Source: Actinomycetota bacterium (GTDB lineage Bacteria; Actinomycetota; Thermoleophilia; BMS3ABIN01). Taken from it: 64,000 nt of DNA. Numbering within the stretch: the stretch's first letter is position 1; the number at the start of each line of letters is the position of its first letter. Below the pieces are notes generated by a model that was not told the DNA's origin, searched no databases, and worked only from the letters and a program-made list of their open reading frames with translations. A program made the translations under genes and the position numbers. Positions 46,983-58,804 of the stretch are shown piece by piece. The DNA is taken from positions 1,023 to 65,022 of the forward strand of contig JAMDDD010000005.1 in NCBI GenBank assembly GCA_023489275.1, read 5' to 3'.

Positions 46983-47642
46983 ATGAAAAAGGTGGAATTG
47001 AAAGTTAAGGAGAGGGAAAGTTTTGGCAGCTCCGAGGCCAGGCGTCTGCGCCGGACGGGGTGGATTCCTGGAGTGCTTTACGGTTCCGGAGACAGCTCCA
47101 TCCCGCTCGCGGTGGAGGAGAAATCTCTGAAAAAGGCGCTCGGACACGAGGGCGGCGCGGCTATCCTGACGCTTTCATTTGATGGCAAGAAGAAAGAGCA
47201 CCCGGTTATCCTCAAGGAATACCAGAGCATTCCCGCCGGCGCCGGAGTGCTGCACGTGGATTTCATGGAGGTCCGGCTGGACCAGCCGGTTGAGGCAAAT
47301 GTCCGTCTTGAGCTAACCGGTAACGCCATCGGTGTGCGCGATGGCGGCATCATGGACCATACGCTGCGGGAGCTGCATGTCCGCTGCCTTCCAGCCGATA
47401 TCCCCGAGCGTATCACCATAGGGGTTGATGAGATGCAGATCGGCTCTTCGATCAAGGTAGTGAATATTACGGCTCCCAAGGGCGTCGAAATTCTCAATGA
47501 CCCCGATTCGCAAGTAGCCAGCGTAATGGCGCCCACTCTGGTGCAAGAAGAAGTGCCCGTGGAAGCTGCTGAGGCAGCGGAAGCAACGGAGGCGGCGCCC
47601 GAGGGCGGGCAACCTGCCGCAGGGGAATCCGGGACGGAGTAA
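46983..47642 (+). CDS. rplY: 50S ribosomal protein L25/Ctc
   Basis: RRLR..G.IPGVLYG, HVDF and GVRDGG motifs. Confidence 0.93.
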   Translation: MKKVELKVKERESFGSSEARRLRRTGWIPGVLYGSGDSSIPLAVEEKSLKKALGHEGGAAILTLSFDGKKKEHPVILKEYQSIPAGAGVLHVDFMEVRLDQPVEANVRLELTGNAIGVRDGGIMDHTLRELHVRCLPADIPERITIGVDEMQIGSSIKVVNITAPKGVEILNDPDSQVASVMAPTLVQEEVPVEAAEAAEATEAAPEGGQPAAGESGTE

Positions 47643-47849
47643 AAAACATAAAACCGGATATTGGATTCTGGATGCTGGACTTTGGATAAAAACATAAAAC
47701 GATCATCGAATTAGCTCAGGAAACTCCATTTAGGATTTGCTCTGAGCTAGTGGGATCAAAGTAAACAAGAAACTTTGCTGGCTTTGTTAAATCCAAAGTT
47801 CAAGGTCTAATGTCCATAGTCCGGTTTTAGATTATTTCTCCTTCTCTCT

Positions 47850-48473
47850 ATGCGGTTTTTCCGACACAGCCCAAAGAACGATCCGCATGGCAGGGAACTG
47901 TTTCTCGTGGTTGGCCTCGGTAACCCGGGTGAGCGATACGCCCGCACGCGGCACAACGCCGGTTTCATGGCGGCCGAGCGGTTTCGGACCCGGCACGGGC
48001 TGCCGCGCCCCCGGAGCCGCTACGCGGGCCGCTACTCCGAAGGCAGCGCCGCCGGCCGGCGGGTTGCCGTTCTGCTGCCGATGACTTTCATGAACGCTTC
48101 CGGGGATGCGGTTATCCAGGCCGTGACATCCCGAAAGATACCGCTAAAAAATGTCATCGTTGTCCACGACGATCTTGACTTTCCCTTTGGAACCGTCCGC
48201 GTCAGGCGCGGCGGCGGCAGCGGGGGGCACAATGGCCTGAAGAGCATCGCCCGCCGCCTGGGATCGCCGGATTTCTCCCGCGTCCGGATTGGCATTGGCC
48301 GGCCCGATAACCCCCGGTTTGATATCAGCGATTACGTGCTCTCCCGGTTCATGGCCTCCGAAACCGAGCTTGACAGAGTTATTGATGAAGCTGCAAATTG
48401 TGTTGAAGAGATCCTGACCGGTGGAATCGAAGCGGCGATGACAAACTGTAATAAAAAGGATGCTGGATGCTAG
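47850..48473 (+). CDS. pth: Peptidyl-tRNA hydrolase
   Basis: GLGNPG..Y..TRHNAGF, FMNASG, HDDLD and GGHNGLKS motifs. Confidence 0.95.
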   Translation: MRFFRHSPKNDPHGRELFLVVGLGNPGERYARTRHNAGFMAAERFRTRHGLPRPRSRYAGRYSEGSAAGRRVAVLLPMTFMNASGDAVIQAVTSRKIPLKNVIVVHDDLDFPFGTVRVRRGGGSGGHNGLKSIARRLGSPDFSRVRIGIGRPDNPRFDISDYVLSRFMASETELDRVIDEAANCVEEILTGGIEAAMTNCNKKDAGC

Positions 48474-48549
48474 AAGCTGGATGCTAGAAAAACAAGTCCG
48501 TTAAATCGAAAGTCAGATCGGAAATTCAGAAGCCAGCATCCGTTCAACC

Positions 48550-51500
48550 ATGGATCTCACCGCTTATATTAAGGATAATCAAAAATTCCAGGAGCTTGCC
48601 AGCGAGCTCTTTTCGGGCAAGCCTCGCGTTTATGCGGGCGCCTCTTTTCAGGGTTACCTGCTGGCGGCTCTCCAGGCGGAAGCCTGGCCGGGGCGGACGC
48701 TGCTGGTGGCGGCGCCGGATGCGGCGGCTGCCGCCCGTCTCGCTGGCGAGTTGAAAACCTTTGCCGGCGTGCCCGCTCTGCAACTGCCGGCGCGGGGCGC
48801 TCCCTGGGGAAGCGGCCTGAAGCCCTCCCGCCAGTCTACCGGTCTTCGGCACGCCGCCCTGGACTGCCTGGCCGGAGGCAAGCCCTGCATCCTGGTTGCG
48901 GACATCGTGGCGCTGATGGAAAAGGAATTAAACCCGGGCGCCTGGCCGGAGCCGTTAGTGGTCAAAAAAGGCGGCGCCGGCTTCGATGAAATTGTTGGCC
49001 GCTTGGCCGGGCTCGGCTACGAGCGCCTGGCCCAGGTTGAGGACCCAGGCCAGTTCTCGGTGCGGGGCGGGATCATTGATTTCTTCCCCGCTGGCTGGAT
49101 AACGCCGGCGAGGCTGGAGTTCTGGGGAGACGAGCTGGAATCGCTCCGGTCTTTCTCGCCGTTTACGCAGCGGTCACTGGGCAGCATCGAGAGCGTCGTG
49201 GTTTATGCCGCGACAGAACCGGAAGCAAAAGGGCTGGATGGTCCGGGACTGCTGGAAAAGAGCGAGGCCGTCATCGCTCGCGTTGATCCGGCGGCAGCGT
49301 CAGAATCGGCAGGTTCTTTTTGGGAAGACATTAGCGGACAATTACTGCCGGAGGCTGAGGCCGCGGGCTTTTATTTTAGTCCCGGCGAGCTTGAGAACAG
49401 GCTGGATGATTTTTCTGCCGTCGTCTTCGAGAGCCTGCCTCTTAATCAGCCTCACCGCTTCCCTGTTTCCGGGATTGACTTCGGCTCGCGCAAGATAAGC
49501 GACGCCTCGGCTCAGCTTAACCGGCTGGTAAAGGATGGCTACCGCGTTTTTGTCTGCTTCGCTTCCACCGGGGCGGCCTTGCGGGCCGAGCACGGCCTGG
49601 CGGGGGCGGCCTCGGTGCTGCCGGATGGCTCACAGCCGCCTGCCGGCGCCGGCGCCTGGCTCGTCGCCTCTCCCGCACCGGCGGGTTTCTTAAACAGGGA
49701 GCTGAAGCTCGCCGTGCTTGGCGAGCGGTCGCTGCTGAAGCCCAGCCGCTCCTCAAGGAGCCAGCAGCTGGCTCTCGGCGGTCGGACAGTGCTGAGCTTC
49801 CGTGACCTTAGCCCGGGAGATTTTGTCGTCCACGAGGATCACGGCATTGGCATCTTTGATTCGATCCAGACGCGTACGGTCGCCGGCATCACCCGCGACT
49901 ATCTGCTGCTCCGCTTCAAGGGCGACGACAGGCTGTTTGTTCCCCAGGATCATATTGCCAGGGTTTCCCGCTACATCGGCGCTGGCGCCGGGTCGCCGCC
50001 ACTAAATAAACTTGGCGGCCGGGCCTGGACGCTGGCCCGCGCCCGCGCCCGCGGCGCCGCCCGCGAGATGGCGGGCGAGCTGATGACGCTGTACGCGGTG
50101 CGGCAAAGCCTGCCGGGCCACGAATTCGATCCGGACAACCGGTGGCAGATTGAGATGGAAGCCTCTTTTCCTTTTGCCGAGACGCAGGACCAGGCAGCCG
50201 CCATCGAGGACGTCAAGGAGGACATGGAGTCGCCCCATCCAATGGACCGGCTCATCTGCGGCGACGTCGGTTACGGAAAGACAGAGGTGGCCCTGCGGGC
50301 CGCGTTCAAGGCCGCTTCCCAGGGGCGGCAGGTCCTGATGCTGGTGCCGACAACGATTCTGGCCCTGCAGCATTACAACACCTTCAGCGAGCGTTTCCGC
50401 GATTATCCCGTCAATGTAGAGATGATCTCCCGCTTCCGCTCCCAGGCCCAGAGCCGGCGCATCGTGGCCGGCTTCCGGGAAGGAAAGATTGACATTCTCA
50501 TCGGCACGCACCGGCTGCTGTCGTCCGACGTCGCTCCGCATGACCTGGGTCTGGTGATTGTTGACGAGGAGCAGAGATTTGGGGTGTCTCAGAAAGAGGC
50601 GCTTCGCCAGATGCGACTGAAGGTGGACGTGCTCAGCCTGTCGGCGACGCCGATCCCGCGAACCTTGCAGATGTCGCTGGCGGGCATCCGCGACATCAGT
50701 GTTATGGAGACGCCCCCGCCGGGGCGCAATCCCATCCGCACTTATGTCGGCGAATATAACGAGGAGATGGTTGGTGAGGCGATCAGGCGGGAAATGAAGC
50801 GCGGGGGCCAGGTTTTCTTCCTGCATAACCGGGTGGAGACAATCGAGGCACGAGCGGCGGAGCTTCAGGGCCGTTTTCCGGATGTGCGCTTCCTGGTTGC
50901 GCACGGCCGGATGCCGGAAGCTCAGCTCGAATCCGTAATGGTGGCTTTTCTGAGCCGGGAAGCCGATGTGCTTGTTTGTACCTCGATTATTGAAAGCGGT
51001 CTGGATATTCCCACCGCGAACACCCTCATCATCGATCATGCCCAGCTGCTTGGCCTGGCCCAGCTTTACCAGATCCGCGGGCGCATCGGCCGCTCCAGCC
51101 TAACGGCGCACGCTTACCTGTTTTACCCGCCGGCGGCATCGCTGACTTCGGAGGCTATGGCCAGGCTGTCAACCTTAAGCGATTATACCGAGCTCGGCTC
51201 CGGCTTCAAGATTGCGATGCGAGACCTGGAGATTCGTGGCGCCGGCAACCTCCTGGGAGACGAGCAGTCGGGGCATGTTGCCGCCGTCGGTTTTGACATG
51301 TATTGCGACCTGATCAGGCGCGCCGTGGCCGATCTGAAAGGCAAGCCGCTGGAAGACCTGGCGATGGCAAGAGTGGAAATCGACGCTGACGCCTACATTC
51401 CCGCTGATTACATCGGCTTTGAGGCGGCGCGGATAGACATGCACCATCGCATCGCCGCAGCCCGGAGTGAGCAAGAGCTGGCGGAAATCGTCGCCGAGCT

Positions 51501-51822
51501 GGAAGACCGTTTCGGGTCTCCACCGGAAGTGGTGTATAATCTCCTTAATATGCAGGAAATTCGGCTCAGGGCGGCGGTCGTGGGGGCCGCTTCGGTAAGT
51601 TACCGGAAAGGACGCCTGGAGCTGTCAGATATGAGGATCGGCGCCGCCGGCCGCCGGGCCCTCGAGGAAGCGGACCTCAAATTTGCCTTTCACCCGCTCC
51701 AGAAGACCCTGGTGCTCTGGCCCCAAACGGGCGAAGCTGATCAGCGGGAATCGCTTTCTGTTGTTAAGCAAACACTTGATGTTATAATTGATCGTCTTTT
51801 GACGCCAACGGCAAGCCTCTAG
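48550..51822 (+). CDS. mfd: Transcription-repair coupling factor
   Basis: VVHEDHGIG, CGDVGYGKTEVA, DEEQRFGV, SATPIPRTL, DLEIRGAGNLLG and a TRCF C-terminal domain. Confidence 0.95.
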   Translation: MDLTAYIKDNQKFQELASELFSGKPRVYAGASFQGYLLAALQAEAWPGRTLLVAAPDAAAAARLAGELKTFAGVPALQLPARGAPWGSGLKPSRQSTGLRHAALDCLAGGKPCILVADIVALMEKELNPGAWPEPLVVKKGGAGFDEIVGRLAGLGYERLAQVEDPGQFSVRGGIIDFFPAGWITPARLEFWGDELESLRSFSPFTQRSLGSIESVVVYAATEPEAKGLDGPGLLEKSEAVIARVDPAAASESAGSFWEDISGQLLPEAEAAGFYFSPGELENRLDDFSAVVFESLPLNQPHRFPVSGIDFGSRKISDASAQLNRLVKDGYRVFVCFASTGAALRAEHGLAGAASVLPDGSQPPAGAGAWLVASPAPAGFLNRELKLAVLGERSLLKPSRSSRSQQLALGGRTVLSFRDLSPGDFVVHEDHGIGIFDSIQTRTVAGITRDYLLLRFKGDDRLFVPQDHIARVSRYIGAGAGSPPLNKLGGRAWTLARARARGAAREMAGELMTLYAVRQSLPGHEFDPDNRWQIEMEASFPFAETQDQAAAIEDVKEDMESPHPMDRLICGDVGYGKTEVALRAAFKAASQGRQVLMLVPTTILALQHYNTFSERFRDYPVNVEMISRFRSQAQSRRIVAGFREGKIDILIGTHRLLSSDVAPHDLGLVIVDEEQRFGVSQKEALRQMRLKVDVLSLSATPIPRTLQMSLAGIRDISVMETPPPGRNPIRTYVGEYNEEMVGEAIRREMKRGGQVFFLHNRVETIEARAAELQGRFPDVRFLVAHGRMPEAQLESVMVAFLSREADVLVCTSIIESGLDIPTANTLIIDHAQLLGLAQLYQIRGRIGRSSLTAHAYLFYPPAASLTSEAMARLSTLSDYTELGSGFKIAMRDLEIRGAGNLLGDEQSGHVAAVGFDMYCDLIRRAVADLKGKPLEDLAMARVEIDADAYIPADYIGFEAARIDMHHRIAAARSEQELAEIVAELEDRFGSPPEVVYNLLNMQEIRLRAAVVGAASVSYRKGRLELSDMRIGAAGRRALEEADLKFAFHPLQKTLVLWPQTGEADQRESLSVVKQTLDVIIDRLLTPTASL

Positions 51823-51840
51823 CCTGATGGGAGATTACCA

Positions 51841-52884
51841 ATGATAAAAAAACTGATTCTGGCGCTTGCGGTCGTGGCAATTATTCCGCTCGTGGCAATC
51901 GGCTGCGGCAGCCTGCCGAAAAGCGCCGTAGCCGAGGTGAACGGAAAGGTCATTACCCGGGAAGATCTGGACAGCAAGATCGCCGATATCAAGGCGCAGT
52001 ACGGAAATCAAGCCGGAATCCCCCAGGAGGGCACGCCGGAATACACTGATTTTGAGAAACAGGTGACGGAAGAGCTTGTCAATGAAGAAGTAATGTGGTT
52101 TGAGGCGGACAAGCGCGGTCTTGATGTCAGCGACGCTGATATTAACAAGGAAGTTGACCAGATCAAGCAGTCGGCCGGCGGTGAGCAGCAGTTTCAGCAG
52201 GCGCTGAATCAGCAAAATATAACACTCGATCACCTCAAGGATAATATCCGCAAGGGACTGCTTTACCAGAAGCTGCTGGCGGCGGTGACCAAGAATCAGC
52301 CGGCGGTGAGCGACGCGCAGGCCCAGAATTATTATAACCAGCACAAGACCGACCAGACTTTCCAGAAGCCGGAAACCCGCAAGGTGCGCGAGATCGTGGT
52401 GGCGGACCAGGCCACGGCGCAGAAGGTCAAGTCCCAGCTGGACGCCGGCGCCGATTTCGCGACGCTGGCCAAACAATATTCGACCGATACCACCACCAAG
52501 AATAATGGCGGCGACCTGGGCGAGATTCCCAGCCAGCAGAGCGGCCTGCCAGCCGCGGTCGAGCAGGCGATGGACAAGCTAAGCGCCGGTCAGACATCGG
52601 ACCCAATCAAGTCAACGGATGGTTATCACATTATCCGGGTCGATCAGATCATCCCCCCTGGAGTAGCGCCTTTTAGCCAGGTCGAGTCCGAGATCAAAAG
52701 CCAGCTGGCGCAGGACAATCAGCAGCAGGCTTTCATGACATGGCTTAATAAGACCAAGAAAAATTATGACATCAAATACTCCGATGAGTTCAATCCCTAT
52801 AAGACCGCGCCGGTAACAGGCAGCAGCAAACCGGCTTCCACGGCGCCGGCCGGAACTTCCACGGCGCCGGCCGCGGGGCAATGA
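51841..52884 (+). CDS. PrsA-like parvulin PPIase lipoprotein, paralog 1
   Basis: Lipobox AIGC, SurA_N-like region, GADFATLAKQYS, GGDLG and GYHII. Confidence 0.88.
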   Translation: MIKKLILALAVVAIIPLVAIGCGSLPKSAVAEVNGKVITREDLDSKIADIKAQYGNQAGIPQEGTPEYTDFEKQVTEELVNEEVMWFEADKRGLDVSDADINKEVDQIKQSAGGEQQFQQALNQQNITLDHLKDNIRKGLLYQKLLAAVTKNQPAVSDAQAQNYYNQHKTDQTFQKPETRKVREIVVADQATAQKVKSQLDAGADFATLAKQYSTDTTTKNNGGDLGEIPSQQSGLPAAVEQAMDKLSAGQTSDPIKSTDGYHIIRVDQIIPPGVAPFSQVESEIKSQLAQDNQQQAFMTWLNKTKKNYDIKYSDEFNPYKTAPVTGSSKPASTAPAGTSTAPAAGQ

Positions 52885-52952
52885 TCCAGGCCGGCAGCAG
52901 CTGATTTAACCGGCAACAGCACGCAACCGCTGGACAGACGGACGGAGCCGTA

Positions 52953-53975
52953 GTGAAAAAAAGGGCCAGAAGGGTAACATATGCAGCCGCCGCCCTGGCT
53001 GTGCTGGCAGTCCTGCTTGTGCTGGCCGGCTGCGGCAGCAGCTCCGTGAGCCTCGCCAAGGTGAACGGTCAGGACATCACCAAAGCGGAAGTTGACCGCG
53101 AGGTGAAGTTCAGGGACGGCTGCAGTGCCGCCGGTAAGCCAGGTACCGCTCAGTTTAAATCCTACGAAACCCAGATGGTTGACGTTCTGGTCAGCCAGCA
53201 GATCATCAACTCCGAGGCCGCCAAAAAAGGGATCAGCGTTAGCGACAATGAGATCAGCCAGGCCATCACAGAGGAGCAGAACGCTTTGGGCGGCTCGGCC
53301 AAGCTGAAGCAGCAGGAGAGCTGCGCCGGGGTGAGCGACGATCAGCTCCGGAACATGATGAAGGACGACCTTTATTTCCGGAAACTGATCGCAAATGTAA
53401 CAAAAAATGACCCCCCGGTGACCGACGCCGAAGCCCAGGATTACTACAACCAGCATAAAAATGATCAGACCTTCCAGGCGCCGGAGACGCGGCGGGTGCG
53501 CCATATCCTCGTGTCCGACCTGGCGACGGCCCAGAAGATTAAGGCGCAGCTGGACGCCGGCGCCGATTTCGCCACTCTGGCCAAGCAGTATTCGATCGAC
53601 CCCGGCAGCAAGGACAACGGAGGCGAGCTGACCACGTCCGACGGCAGCCCGGACATTCCCAGCCAGAACAGCGGTTTCGTACCCGCGTTCGAGCAGGCCA
53701 TGGACAAGTTAAGCGCCGGCCAGATCTCCGATCCCGTCAAGACGCAGTTTGGCTGGCATATTATCCAGGTTGAGTCTATCAAGCCCGCCGGCCTGGAGAG
53801 CTTCAATCAGGTCAAGGATAGCCTGAAGCAGGGCCTGGCCATGGAGAGGGAACAGCAAACCTTCAATACCTGGATGGCCGGCGCGCGCCAGCGCTACCGC
53901 ATCACTTACTCGCCTGGATGGGCGCCGGCAACCACGGCACCATCCAGCGGGCAGACAACTCCGTCCGGATCGTAA
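52953..53975 (+). CDS. PrsA-like parvulin PPIase lipoprotein, paralog 2
   Basis: Lipobox LAGC, VRHILV, FATLAKQYSID.GS and TQFGWHII. Confidence 0.88.
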   Translation: MKKRARRVTYAAAALAVLAVLLVLAGCGSSSVSLAKVNGQDITKAEVDREVKFRDGCSAAGKPGTAQFKSYETQMVDVLVSQQIINSEAAKKGISVSDNEISQAITEEQNALGGSAKLKQQESCAGVSDDQLRNMMKDDLYFRKLIANVTKNDPPVTDAEAQDYYNQHKNDQTFQAPETRRVRHILVSDLATAQKIKAQLDAGADFATLAKQYSIDPGSKDNGGELTTSDGSPDIPSQNSGFVPAFEQAMDKLSAGQISDPVKTQFGWHIIQVESIKPAGLESFNQVKDSLKQGLAMEREQQTFNTWMAGARQRYRITYSPGWAPATTAPSSGQTTPSGS

Positions 53976-53996
53976 GCGCATGCCGGGGTTATAAGA

Positions 53997-54830
53997 TTGG
54001 CCGGCGGCAGCGTACCCGACTCTAATCAGGCGCGCCTGGCGGACGCATTACTTTTACTGGACGCGGTCGTCCGCCGCCTCCGGCGTGAATGTCCCTGGGA
54101 CCGCGAACAGGACGCCGGTGATATTGTCAGCCATACCCTCGAGGAAACCTACGAGCTAATCGATGCAGTTCATGCGGGCAGCGGCGCCGAGGTCACCGGC
54201 GAGCTGGGGGACCTCCTCTTTCACGTCTTCTTTCTCTCACTGATTGCCGAAGAGCGCGGCTGGGGCGATCTGGTCCGGGTAGCGGCAGGAGTCACAGAGA
54301 AACTGGTGCGACGCCATCCGCATGTCTTTGGTCAGGCAGAGGCAAACACCGCCGCCGAGGTGGTCGAGCGGTGGGAGCAGATCAAGCGGGAGCGCGAAGG
54401 CAGGGAAGGCATCTTTCATGATACGCCGGGATCGTTGCCGGCGGCACTGTTTGCCCGGCGGACGCAATCGCGGGCGGCGGCCGTCGGATTCGACTGGGAT
54501 CGGCCTGAGCCCGTCTTCGCCAAAATCGGAGAAGAGATCGCCGAACTGAGGGCGGCACTCGCGGTCGAGGCGCCGCCGGAGGGGGCGGGCGGCGGCCGCG
54601 GGCCCGGAACGGAAGCGTATCATGAGGTGGGAGACCTACTCTTCGCCGCCGTCAATCTGGCCCGGAAGCTGCAGGTTGATCCGGAGCTGGCGCTCCGGAG
54701 CGCGGCGGACCGTTTTCGCGGCCGGGTGGAGCGGGCTGAGGCGCTGGCCCGGGAAAACGGCGATGACTTCGCCGGCTTGCCGCTCGAGCGCCAGGAGGAA
54801 TATTATCAGCGGGCAAAAAGCGGATTGTAG
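53997..54830 (+). CDS. mazG: Nucleoside triphosphate pyrophosphohydrolase
   Basis: CPWDREQ, EETYE, ELGDLL, KLVRRHPHVF and GFDW motifs. Confidence 0.93.
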   Translation: MAGGSVPDSNQARLADALLLLDAVVRRLRRECPWDREQDAGDIVSHTLEETYELIDAVHAGSGAEVTGELGDLLFHVFFLSLIAEERGWGDLVRVAAGVTEKLVRRHPHVFGQAEANTAAEVVERWEQIKREREGREGIFHDTPGSLPAALFARRTQSRAAAVGFDWDRPEPVFAKIGEEIAELRAALAVEAPPEGAGGGRGPGTEAYHEVGDLLFAAVNLARKLQVDPELALRSAADRFRGRVERAEALARENGDDFAGLPLERQEEYYQRAKSGL

Positions 54831-54887
54831 CTGGCGGACTGTAATTTTGTGAAGCTGGATGCCGGATAACAAAAATCCGATGAAAAG

Positions 54888-56225
<1,338 letters not shown>

Positions 56226-56396
56226 CCAGCCCGCTGCGTGATTTATTTCCGGCGCGCGGGAGCTCCGAGGATCTGGAGGCTGAGGTTGTTGGTTCCCGCG
56301 GGCCGCGGTGCGGCCCAGGCACTCCTTTCCTCCAGTCCGTAGTGTGCGCTTCCCGGCTGTTACCGGGTTTGAAGCTGGAACGAAAGGAGGTGTTGC

Positions 56397-56732
56397 ATGG
56401 CGGAAAAGGACCCGATCGAGGTTGATGACTCAGATTTCGAAGCGGAAGTGCTTAATTCGGAAATACCGGTCCTGGTTGATTTCTGGGCAGAGTGGTGCGC
56501 GCCCTGCCGAATGGTGGCGCCGGTGCTGGAAGAACTGGCGGCGGAGTTCGCCGGCAAGCTGAAAGTTGCCAAGCTTAACGTTGACGCCAACCGGGAGACA
56601 TCTTCCAAGTATGACATTATGAGCATTCCCACCGTGATCCTATTTAAGAACGGCGAAATCGTCAAGCAGGTCGTGGGAGCTCTGCCAAAGGAATCTCTTT
56701 TGAAAGAGCTGGAGTTGGGAGAAGAGGCATAA
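56397..56732 (+). CDS. trxA: Thioredoxin
   Basis: DFWAEWCAPC and SIPT motifs; AAGGAGGT RBS. Confidence 0.93.
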   Translation: MAEKDPIEVDDSDFEAEVLNSEIPVLVDFWAEWCAPCRMVAPVLEELAAEFAGKLKVAKLNVDANRETSSKYDIMSIPTVILFKNGEIVKQVVGALPKESLLKELELGEEA

Positions 56733-56760
56733 TCCAAGAATTCAAAGGCTGGGCGGCGAT

Positions 56761-56783
56761 TAGGCGGGCCTTCGGCCCGCCTA
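56761..56783 (+). terminator. Hairpin after trxA
   Basis: TAGGCGGGC-CTTCG-GCCCGCCTA. Confidence 0.55.
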
Positions 56784-56811
56784 GGCCGTTTCTGCTAGAA
56801 TTTTACTTAAG

Positions 56812-57321
56812 ATGTACTGTGTTAACCACCCCACTGTCGAAACGCTCGTAACCTGCAGCGCCTGCGGTAATCCCATCTGCCCCGACTGCATGGTCCAGAC
56901 GCCGGTGTCGGCAAAATGTCCCGCGTGCGCCAGGATGCCGAAGGCCGCGCTGGTAAGGCTAAAACCGGACCGGATCGCCCTCACCGGGATCATCGGCCTG
57001 GTGGCCGCCGCCGCCGGGGGGTACGTGTTCGGATTGTTTGTCTCGGCGCTCAGCTTCTTTGCCATCATCATCGCCTTTATGCTGGGCGCCGCCGTGGGCG
57101 AGGCCGTTTCCCGGGCCAGCGGCCGTTTCCATGGCCGGGAAATCGCCGCCTGGGCTGCCGGGTGCGCGGCGTTGGGGATCCTCTTTCCGCTCTTTCTGTG
57201 GGGTGTCTCGGCTTACGGGCTGACAGGGCCGACGATTACTTATGTCATTGCCTTCGGGGGCGTGTGGAAACTGCTTTGGATGGCGGCCGCCGCCTACGGC
57301 GCCTGGCAAAGGAACGCGTGA
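56812..57321 (+). CDS. B-box-like zinc finger membrane protein
   Basis: C..HP...C..C...C..C...C..C N-terminus followed by about four TM segments. Confidence 0.7.
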   Translation: MYCVNHPTVETLVTCSACGNPICPDCMVQTPVSAKCPACARMPKAALVRLKPDRIALTGIIGLVAAAAGGYVFGLFVSALSFFAIIIAFMLGAAVGEAVSRASGRFHGREIAAWAAGCAALGILFPLFLWGVSAYGLTGPTITYVIAFGGVWKLLWMAAAAYGAWQRNA

Positions 57322-57324
57322 GGG

Positions 57325-57693
57325 TCAATCAAAAGACGGGTCGCCGGGGCCCCCAGCCTGTGACTTGTCCAGCTCGCGGGCGTAGATTGCGTCTAACTTC
57401 TTGACATTAACGATGATGTAGTCAGGTTCGTCAATTACCGCGTTTAAGTCCCGGTCAAAGATCTTGACGCGGGAAAGCGTCATGTAATCGGAGGGGAAGT
57501 GTCTCAGGAAGTCTGAGGCGCGCCGGGAGGTGGAGCGGGTATCCATGGTGAGCGCCACCTCGCCGACTATTTTTAGCGAATTGATGTAAATAGTCGCCTG
57601 AAAATGGAGCTTCCCGGAGTCGGACCGGAAAGCCTCGCGCAAATCATCGTAATTGTCTGATCCTTCCATTTTCTCCTCTTCTGCTGATGACAT
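57325..57693 (-). CDS. Hypothetical protein (DUF6812-like small beta-barrel)
   Basis: KIVGEV..RASDFL..YMTL..YIIVN pattern and plausible residue composition. Confidence 0.5.
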   Translation of the reverse strand: MSSAEEEKMEGSDNYDDLREAFRSDSGKLHFQATIYINSLKIVGEVALTMDTRSTSRRASDFLRHFPSDYMTLSRVKIFDRDLNAVIDEPDYIIVNVKKLDAIYARELDKSQAGGPGDPSFD

Positions 57694-57747
57694 CCCCTGG
57701 TGATATACGCCTGCGGCTGGACAGTTTTAAACAACAATCTTTCCGAG

Positions 57748-58758
57748 CTAGCCTGCAGCCGCCTTCTGCCGCCGGCGGCCGGAGGCGCCGTCCTGCATTT
57801 CCCACTTGCCGCAGCGGCCTCCCCAGCGGGCCAGCGTCTTGTCTCCGACCTTAATGCGCACGACTTCACAAGTGTTTGAACAACCCTCGCAGACGAAGGT
57901 AGAAGTCTCATAGACAAGCCCGGTGACCTCGAACCCTTTGAAGTTCGTTTCGCCGGGGCTCAATTCCTGCTCCATCGCCAGGATGGCGCAGCCGATCGCT
58001 CCCATTACATGATGGTATGTCGGAACCACCACCTCAACGTCCAGCGCTGCCTCAAAGGCCCGTTTCATGCCCGCATTAGCGGCGACGCCGCCCTGAAATA
58101 CCATTGGCTCCAGCAGGTCCTTGCCCTTGGCCAGGTTATTGAGATAATTGCGAACGAGGGCATGGCAGAGGCCGTAAATGATATCATCGACCGCGACGCC
58201 AACCTGCTGTTTGTGAATCATATCCGATTCGGCGAAAACGGAGCAACGGCCGGCAATATGGGCCGGAGCCGCGGAGCGGAGCGCGTATTCACCAAACGAC
58301 TCGATGGGGATCCCCAGGCGGGTGGACTGATGGTCAAGAAAGGAGCCGGTGCCGGCGGCGCAGACCGAATTCATGGCAAAATCGGTGACGATGCCGTCGC
58401 GCAGCACGATCAGCTTTGAATCCTGGCCGCCGATCTCCAGAACTGTGTTGACATCAGGGATTACTTGTGACGCTGCCACCGCGTGGGCGGTGATTTCGTT
58501 CTTGACCACGTCGGCGCCGACGATGACGCCGGTCAAATGCCTGGCGCTGCCGGTGGCGCCGACCCCGCAGATCTCCAGTTCATCAACGTCGATCATTTCG
58601 GTCAGCTCAACGAGCCCTTCCTGGACCGCCTTGATCGGCTGCCCCTGGGTCCGCCGGTAGACGGCAGCCAGCACGCCGGCATGCTCATCAAGAATGACCA
58701 GGTTCGTGCTCACCGAGCCGACGTCGATGCCAAGATAAGCAGTCTTGCGGTCTATCAT
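57748..58758 (-). CDS. Acyl-CoA dehydratase activase (BadF/BadG/BcrA/BcrD ATPase)
   Basis: GIDVGSVST, EIGGQDSK, CAAGTGSFLD, RCSVFAESD, QGGVA.N and a C-terminal C..C.N.C. Confidence 0.9.
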   Translation of the reverse strand: MIDRKTAYLGIDVGSVSTNLVILDEHAGVLAAVYRRTQGQPIKAVQEGLVELTEMIDVDELEICGVGATGSARHLTGVIVGADVVKNEITAHAVAASQVIPDVNTVLEIGGQDSKLIVLRDGIVTDFAMNSVCAAGTGSFLDHQSTRLGIPIESFGEYALRSAAPAHIAGRCSVFAESDMIHKQQVGVAVDDIIYGLCHALVRNYLNNLAKGKDLLEPMVFQGGVAANAGMKRAFEAALDVEVVVPTYHHVMGAIGCAILAMEQELSPGETNFKGFEVTGLVYETSTFVCEGCSNTCEVVRIKVGDKTLARWGGRCGKWEMQDGASGRRRQKAAAG

Positions 58759-58804
58759 TTTTTTCCTCCACAATTCAAGTTCAAAGTTTCCGGGCTCGTG
58801 CGTG

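Noticed and set aside
54847-54873. Rex box upstream of eno (TTGTGAA...ATAACAA)
   Set aside because: The half-sites are separated by 12 nt instead of 4.
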